Positions 57,001 through 64,000 of a stretch of DNA of 64,000 nt are shown in pieces. Position numbers and translations under genes: made by a program. The notes below the pieces were generated by a model. That model did no database searches, was not told the DNA's origin, and saw only the letters and a program-made list of their open reading frames with translations. The stretch lies in NCBI GenBank assembly GCA_905178155.1, contig CAJINV010000008.1, positions 2,418,001 to 2,482,000 of the forward strand. The letters run 5' to 3'. This DNA is from Amoebophrya sp. A120. Lineage: Eukaryota > Protista > Dinoflagellata. The stretch's first letter is position 1; each line of letters starts with the position of its first letter.

Positions 57001-60000
57001 GGTGGAAATTAATTCAAGTGTGAAAATTTGTTGGGGCTGTTATTGGTCTCGAAAAACGAGTCGCTTTCAGCACTCTTTTTTTTGCTACCCCCGATGGGTA
57101 ACAATTCAAGTGTGAAAATTTAAAAGAGTCACTGGAACGACTCACTGCAATGACTCTTTCAATAGAGTCTCAACTATTTCTCTTCATAATTAAATTTACG
57201 CACTTGAATTTACTGTCTTTTAAATTTACGCACTTGAATTTGTTGCCAATGGCAATAAATTCAAGTGCGTAAATTTAAAAGACTCCTTCGAAGGAGTCCT
57301 TGCAAGGAGTCCCTGCCTGGACTCATTGCAAGGTGTAGCCGGAAGAGTCGAACGCAAATCCAAAACGAAAACGATTCATCCCCAACAATTTGCACTAGCG
57401 CCAGCAGATGTCCCAACTACCTCCTCCCCCAACCCCCGCTACCTCCCCTGGGGCCCGAGCCTTCTCCTTCCCAACCCGGACCACCTCCTCTACAAGTTCA
57501 GCCGCCTACTCCCGGAGCCAGGTCTTCTCCTGTGGGCCCCGGCCCCCTTCACGCGGAACCCAGACCACTTCTTCCACAGCCCAAGCGCCCTCATCCGGAG
57601 CCTGGACCCCCTCCTTCCAAACCTCCGCCACATTCTTCGGAACCCAGGCGCCCCTCGTCCCAACCCGGAAACGGCCCCGGCCCTCCCGCTGCTTTCTTCT
57701 AAATGGCCAGACCCGAGGCGCTTCAGCTTTGAAGGCAAAGCCCATCGCCCCCTTCTGAGCTGAGGCCGCTCAACCCTTGCAGACCTACCTGCCCCAGAGG
57801 CCGAAGCGGGAGGAGCCTGCCTATGCTGGCATCCACGTGGGGCCGTGTCATTTGTCTCGCCTCGAGCCACCTCGCAGTCGGGGGCGGGTTTTACAAAAAT
57901 GGCCGGAGTTGAGGCGCTTCACTTCACGAAGGGCAACCAGCTTGCCGAACCACGGCGAAGGCGCTCAGCTTTGTTGGCTTTGCTTGTCCACGGCCCGAAA
58001 CCTCTTGCGCCCTGGCCTATGCGAAGCCGGGCGCGGACCTAATGCCCTTCCTTTTCCGAGCTGGCCCTAGCGTGGCGCCACATCGACGACGACTTAAAAC
58101 ACCCCACAAGAGAATGCCTGGAGGGCGCCGGAAGGAGGGCTCGGGCAGCCACCTTCCGGCAAAGCCTTGCAGCTACACACCGCGAGGGGACCACAGAGCG
58201 CACCCCCTGAAAACCGGAGCCGGGCCCCTCACTATTCAGAACATGCCCTAAAGTGGTTCGCAACGCACTCCACTCAGCTGGTTTCTTAGCCACAATCTTC
58301 ATAGTGCCAGTGCCGATCGTGAATGCTTGCCGTCTGTAGAGGTGTCGCTCTGCCACTCAGAGGGGCGAACTACAGACGCTCCCGGCGGCCAGAACCCCTA
58401 TGCCCTGCCCCCAAATCGCGGCCCCCGATGGCCGACAAAACCGCCGAAAACCGAAAACACGCAGAGCCACCAAACTGAGCCGAAACACCTAAGACCGAGA
58501 AACACAAGCCGGCGACCAGTGCAACTGCTCCAGTTTTTTCTTCGGGCAAAGGCCCCAACGTGGGCGGCAGGCCTGTGCCCGGGCGACGACCACAACAGAG
58601 CAGGATGCCAGGAGTGAGGTCATAACCCAGAGGGCCGAAGCGCTTAACGTGCGAAATAAAAAGCGCGGCGCCGGCGCTGCCGTCGCTACTTCTTGCAGAA
58701 CTGTAGCGGTTCGACTCTGGCAGCAGCTCCGTGGCTGGGCAACTTGCACAAGCAAAGGAGGCGCGCAATGTTTTGCCATTGGCGCTATTCGAAAACTGCG
58801 AAATTTAAATTTTCGAACATGGTACTAGACATGAATTTCTCTGAGCCCATAAGGTAAAAATCTCGTTAAACAAGATATCCTCGCGCGATAGTTCGCTCTC
58901 CCCTGAATTTGTACGGGAGGCCGCAGCAAGTAGGTCTCGTTCTCGATCGAAGTAGTTGCGTATCTCGGAAAAACTTCTGCACAACCATGGCGATTCTGGC
59001 TGGTTGTGTGCTGTTATTTCATGAAAAAGAAGCAACATTTGTTGTTGTTTTCAAAAAAATTGCGCATCGGTATCGTAGGTGGGAATGTTTTTCATGCTCG
59101 TAGATGGGCTCCAAGAAATTCACACATCATTATTTACGGTTCGAGTGTTCGGTTTATTCTCGTACAACGCCATGATCAACGATCAAAAAAAAATCCTCTC
59201 AAAAACAAAAAGCAAAACACACGAAAGTGATAATTACCGGTACCGGATGGATTGCAGACGTTCGCAAATGTCTGTGTCGCACTGTGACTGCCTCTGTACC
59301 ATTTCAACGATTTCAGCAATCCCTTATGGGACCTGTGCGGCTTGTGAAGTTTCGCGACAAATTTAGGAGGCAAAAGGTGGGTTTCTAGATCAATGTCTTG
59401 ACTCACTTATTCCTGTGCAGTTGTTTTCTTTCCGTCGGCTTGTTCTTTTTACGCCTCGAAGCCATGCACGCTGAATTCAACGATCTACACTTACAAAAAA
59501 AGGTCTCGAGGCCATATAAGGCAGTGCAAATGGAAATGCTATCGATCCACGTCCAACCTTGAATGGGCGCATAAAACTACACATAGTTCCTGCCATTTTC
59601 ATTCCGATTATCTAATGGCAGCAACTGTCGCGAGGAAAGAAACTTCTTGACGCGGCATACTACTTCGATGAGCTCGATGCAGCGAACGTCATCCGGAATG
59701 TCATTGCTTGTCGGTGCTGGCACATTCGCCGGCAGCACGAGATCTTCCGCCGAGACAGCCGCGCGTGACATCGTTTTTGCGGTGCGTTGGCCGCAAGCAG
59801 CAGATGACTTCAACCCGTCCTCGATCGTCCACAGCGGTGGCTTTTCGCCGCTTGGTGTTGGTGCTTGTGCTGAGAAGGCCGAAGAAAAAAACGTCAATGG
59901 TTCTGCCGCGTTTTCACGGGTGTGGCAATGGGCAGGGACTTGCAGGGGGCGCCTACTCGTCGACGAAGAGGAAGATGAAGACGACGCCGATGATGATGCG

Positions 60001-60404
60001 GAAGCCCTGCAATTCTGCAGCTGTAGCTGGTACTTTTCTGCCTTCGCGGCTAGTTCTCGCCGCTCGTGATTGTGTTGGGCATGGAGATGGTTCCGCAGTA
60101 CTTTGGCCTTTTCCGCAAATTCCGGCACAGCGAGCGGCGCTGCGTGTCGCGAATCGATGGCGACGAGGCCTCCACATGTTCCACCCCCCCGCTTTTCCTG
60201 GTACTCCGTTCTGGCAGGATTCATCCTAGCCCAGTTTTTTTTTCCGCCCTTGCCCACGGCCCACTCGTAGCCATACCAAGGGTGTCTGGTATTCTTTAGA
60301 ACACCGACGTCGACCCACTTGTTCGGGGGAAAAGGGCGCACGACGTTCTTGTTTGAGGGCGTAGGTGGCCCAGAGGGGCCAGCGTTCCTCATGATCTCCG
60401 CCAT
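54022..60404 (-). CDS. Hypothetical protein gene interrupted by a 3.1-kb TIR element
   Basis: ORFs 59577-60404, 58805-59038 and 54022-55698. The last two fuse in frame when the element and one TSD copy are removed. Repeated IKxE motifs. Confidence 0.6.
56061..56724. repeat. Tandem array of 195-bp units, each containing a ~73-bp hairpin
   Basis: Units start at 56061, 56256, 56451 and 56646 (last truncated). First hairpin has perfect 32-bp arms at 56062-56093 and 56103-56134. Confidence 0.95.
56725..56970. repeat. Alternating-orientation array of a 49-bp unit (palindrome concatemer)
   Basis: Dyad axes at 56773/4, 56822/3, 56871/2 and 56920/1. Confidence 0.9.
57215..57283. repeat. Near-perfect hairpin with ~34-bp arms
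   Basis: GTCTTTTAAATTTACGCACTTGAATTTGTTGCCA-A-TGGCAATAAATTCAAGTGCGTAAATTTAAAAGAC. Confidence 0.9.
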
Positions 60405-61344
60405 CGCTTGTTCTTGCCCGAACAGAGTATTCTTTTTCGCCCCACCAAATAGTAGAAATCACGCACAGAGGAAACTCAAAAATGCTAAGATACAGACTGT
60501 AGAAGCCGCTATCTTGTATTCTTGCATCCAATTTCGAGATCGAAAAAAGAACAGAAGCATGGCGAAAGCAGAAAAGCAAGCGGAGAGTGCCAGGTCAGTG
60601 GGTCATTCGGTATTTCTATTTTTCTGCTCGGTATGAAGCCGAACGTCTTCACCGGCATCAACCTACATGTAAGTACTTACACCCCATACTCGTTTGCCGA
60701 AGAGATACAGGTCGATCATGATCTGCGGCTCCAGCCATGTTTTTAGCTTCGCCTGCAGATACATGAACCTGTGGGCGCAAGGCGAGGGCGCGCGCTAGCA
60801 ATCTTGGAATAAATACAGAGAATCAGAATGGTCTGACTTCAATTTTCAAGACATCTATGAAATTGAAACCAGCACACTTTGGAGAGTAATTGCAATGGCC
60901 GCAGACACAATTAACTTGCAGACGTAGTTCTCTCTCGCTCAACTAACTATGTCGCAGAAGTCAAGGAAGCAGTTTTTTTGATTCTTTCGGTTCTGCCAAC
61001 ATTTTGACACGTCCATTTTGAATTCAAAGAATGATGTTGCTGTTGCAGATAATGAAACACGAACATCTGCTGGTGTCGACAGCGACGGTTCATGGTAGAC
61101 CCACGTCCAACTTTGAGAGAGATTCAGAGTAGGGACAGCACTCCGCATCAAATGTTTCTTTTTCTTGTTGCTCGGGAGCATTTATTACTACTATTCGATA
61201 CAAAACTACGGAGTTTCATCTTCTGTTGACGAAGATCAACGTGACAAACTGCGCGCACGATCAGAATCGCGCCCGTTCCGAAATCGTTCGATCCCACAGC
61301 TCAGGTCCTGAAGCCTCTTGACCGGAATCCTTGGACCTAAATGC

Positions 61345-62869
61345 TTAGCGCCTAGCCTTAGGATGTTCATGATGATGATGATGAGGGTGATGGAGATGGT
61401 GAGAATGATGAACATGATCAAGCTCATGGAAATGGTCAAAGGCAAGCCCTAGAGCTTGCAAAGATCCCGAACCTTTGTCATGTCTTTCCCTTGCCTCAGG
61501 TTTGTGGCAGCTCGCGACGCAGTGCGCAATCTCACCCAGTTAGACATTTGACAGAACTCCAGCCCTATCGGCTTAGCCTGTTGACTTGTGTCACTGTGTT
61601 CCCCAACATCTTCTTTGAATCTGAAGTAAGTAGCTGACTCGAGTTACTCATACCACATACTGCACCAGCGACACAAAGAGCAAGCAAGTTACAATCGAGA
61701 CGAAGAGCAGACACGACCACGCAAAGACTGCAGTCATGCGTGCCATGACTATTACCCACAATCCCACGTGCAACAACTTTAGGAACAACATCAACTCCCT
61801 CTGCTTTCCCGCTTCGTCTCCTCCGCAAACGGAGCTCGTCGTCTCAGGCACTTCGAGGAGCAAGATTTGACCTCCTACGAGCAGAGCAAATGCACGCATA
61901 GGCATAGCTCATCACGTCTCCCGATCCCAGAAAAGCGTCGACAACAGAGTCAAGTTGGTCACCACGACCGGGTACCATTCTCAAAGTTCTGCAGCTTCGT
62001 CAGCGATCACAACTCCGGATCGACTAGAGTGGCACCTTTCTCAGCGGCTTCTGGCGCTTACGTTTTCGTCGACCACGCGTTCGCCAAGCCCAGCGCTCTC
62101 GGAAAGGTGAACGTTGCAGCGGTGAATAACTGAATGTACGCGTCCGTCGTCGTTGCCCGCTGCGGTCCAAGACCCAATGGGTGGCGCAAGCCGACGGCTG
62201 TCCGGATCGCGTTTGCATCTGCCCACGAACGAGTTCTGCTGCCGAAGATACAGCATCGAGTTTCTGCAAAACTCATTCCCCGCAGCTTGGTAGGCGGTGT
62301 AGAAAAATGACGGACCCAGTTCCGCAATTATGCCGCTTGTCCTCGCAATTGCAATCTCGCGAGTTCCGCTTCACTTTCCTTTTGATCCGAATCCTTCGTA
62401 TTCGTGCTTCGTGAACTTTTCGTTTTAGCTGTAGTCTTGATTTCCGCCACACTTTGGGCGTCATCGTGAACATTCACCGTGTCGGAGTCATCGTCAGATT
62501 TATTTGGCCAAAATCGTGCCAAGCGTGTTTGAAATACTGCTTTGCCATTACTTGTTACAGGCCAGAAAGACAAAGCAGACGCTTGGACTGGTGGCGCATC
62601 ATATCCGTTTCTTGGCCTTTCCGTTGTTCTTTCATTTACCGTATATCTGCTTTCAAAGCTCTTTCGTCCTCTCTCTTTTCGTTTACATGTGCCTCTCTCT
62701 GTCTCTCCTGGTCCTGAGGAAGGACGCACGACTCTTGAAATGATGGTCTTGAACACCAAAGCTTGTGAATTATCTTAATAAAGAGAGAGTCAAATCCTCC
62801 GCGCGCAGATCGTAGCGGGGTTTCATTTTGTGTCGTCCTCTCCTGTGAAGATGGTGCTGTGGGAGACAT
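61345..62869 (-). CDS. Possible membrane protein gene, multi-exon (poorly resolved)
   Basis: Hydrophobic segment in ORF 61648-61905; His-rich frame ending ~61345; ATG at 62869. Confidence 0.3.
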
Positions 62870-62991
62870 TCATATAATTCATTCATGCGTGAGCTTTGCC
62901 TTGGTTGAGATAACAAACACCACGATAGGGGCTATTGAAATTGCGTCGCCTCGCAATTCGCAGTAGAAGTAGAATTCATTCCTTCGGTTTT

Positions 62992-63722
62992 TCATCTCTT
63001 GTAACCTTTACCCTTTCCTTTCCCACCCTTCCATGCGCCTCCACCTTTGCGATATCGCTTTCTCTTCGGCTTTTTCGTCTTGTCCTTTATTGCTGTGGAA
63101 AATAGTTGGATTTTCGCATTGCTGACAGGTTGAAAACCAAGAAATCAGGATCATCCGCCACAGTAGGTTCTTCACGCATAGGAAAGCGAAAGAGTACCAT
63201 CGAAATCGAACTGTGAGCTCTAGTATGTAAGAATAGAAGCATCCGCGTCAACCAACATTTCAAACAAAAAATACAGTCATCCAGCAGCTTCTTGTCCAAA
63301 TCGATGTGCTCCGGAAGAAAAATATAGCGAATATTTGGCCCTCGAACTGTCAGGTGGTCGATCCTCACTGGAATTCTTCTCTTCACTATCATTGTCACTT
63401 GCTTCAGATGCGTGTTCATCGAGGTGTCGCAGCCTGCATTTCGATTGCGATTCGTCGTTTTCTTTTCATTCATTACAACAGCATGGCCACCATATGAAGA
63501 GACAGACAAGGGATGCTTTTTCGATTTTTTCATTTCCTTGATGAAAAATTAAATTGGTACGGCAAGAAAGACAAAGTAAAAGTTGTAGCTACTAGCGTAC
63601 TTCAAAAATGATTTCATAACCCTCAGCTCACCTGTCATTGTCCCTTGAATTACTGTTCCGTTTTTCATCTCCACCTGGACCACCTCATTGTTCAGCTTCA
63701 TCAAAAACTGAACCAACTTCAT
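62992..63722 (-). CDS. SNRPD1: Small nuclear ribonucleoprotein Sm D1 (116 aa; exons 63722-63632, 63433-63275, 63092-62992)
   Basis: MKLVQFLMKLNNEVVQVEMKNGTVIQGTMTG|CDTSMNTHLKQV...LTVRGPNIRYIFLPEHIDLDKKLLDD; both introns are GT-AG and phase-compatible. Confidence 0.95.
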
Positions 63723-64000
63723 CGTGCATTTCGGGGATGTGCTTCTCTTCGCTCTTGTCGCCAGGAAAAAGCGCAGCTATATTGGGTGCTGACGTGAGTT
63801 GTCAACTACAGGCTCTGGTGTCGCGATGATTGGCTCGATGAGTATGTCATTAAAAACGGTTCCGGCGGACGCAAATGAAGTTGCGCTGCTGCTGCTGCCT
63901 CTGTACCGCAGGAAGTGGAGGTGGAAGAGACACTGCTAGTACTGCGGGGTGAGAAATATGCTGGCTGATGCTTTTGAAAAATATGTTGCTTGTCGCCTAA

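Larger units (their letters stand above)
55724..58851. mobile_element. Non-autonomous foldback-like TIR element (3128 bp), TAT...ATA termini, 5-bp TSD AGGTA
   Basis: ~60-bp imperfect TIRs: left TATAGGCTCTCGGAAATTCATGT..GAAAATTTAAAATTCGCA, right end reverse-complemented TATGGGCTCAGAGAAATTCATGT..GAAAATTTAAATTTCGCA. TSD at 55719-55723 and 58852-58856. Confidence 0.9.

Noticed and set aside
58700-58725. tRNA T-loop-like GGTTCGACTC
   Set aside because: No cloverleaf can be formed from the flanks
60627-60695. Tiny TATG...CATA segment with CTCGG/CTCGT flanks as another introner
   Set aside because: Only a 4-bp inverted match, imperfect TSD, no family similarity

Overview
Eukaryotic genomic DNA with compact GT-AG introns and proteins inflated by low-complexity inserts. 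Genes run in two one-directional blocks: + strand up to ~6.6 kb and - strand from ~24.7 kb onward. Together with KGKG-type motifs this suggests an alveolate, probably a syndinian or dinoflagellate such as Amoebophrya (inference). Recognisable host genes are SAE1/Aos1, CDKAL1 (e-MtaB), a HAD-like FDWDDTL protein, a Yip1-family protein and Sm D1. The AT-rich convergence zone between the blocks holds a three-level nest. A Ty1/copia element (7450-24015) has its 3' LTR split by a non-autonomous TIR element with a 7-bp TSD (13295-23619). That TIR element contains an intact tyrosine-recombinase retrotransposon (15334-23469) with split direct repeats and an unusual YR-Gag-RT/RH order. The most striking hidden signal is a family of ~150-bp TAT...ATA mini-transposons with 5-bp TSDs (792-939 and 39727-39876) sitting in exons of two unrelated genes, where each can form a frame-preserving GT-AG intron (introner). 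A 3.1-kb hairpin-packed element with the same TAT...ATA/5-bp-TSD signature (55724-58851) interrupts a third gene, and precise removal restores its frame. Coordinates and identities were read by eye; no database searches were run.
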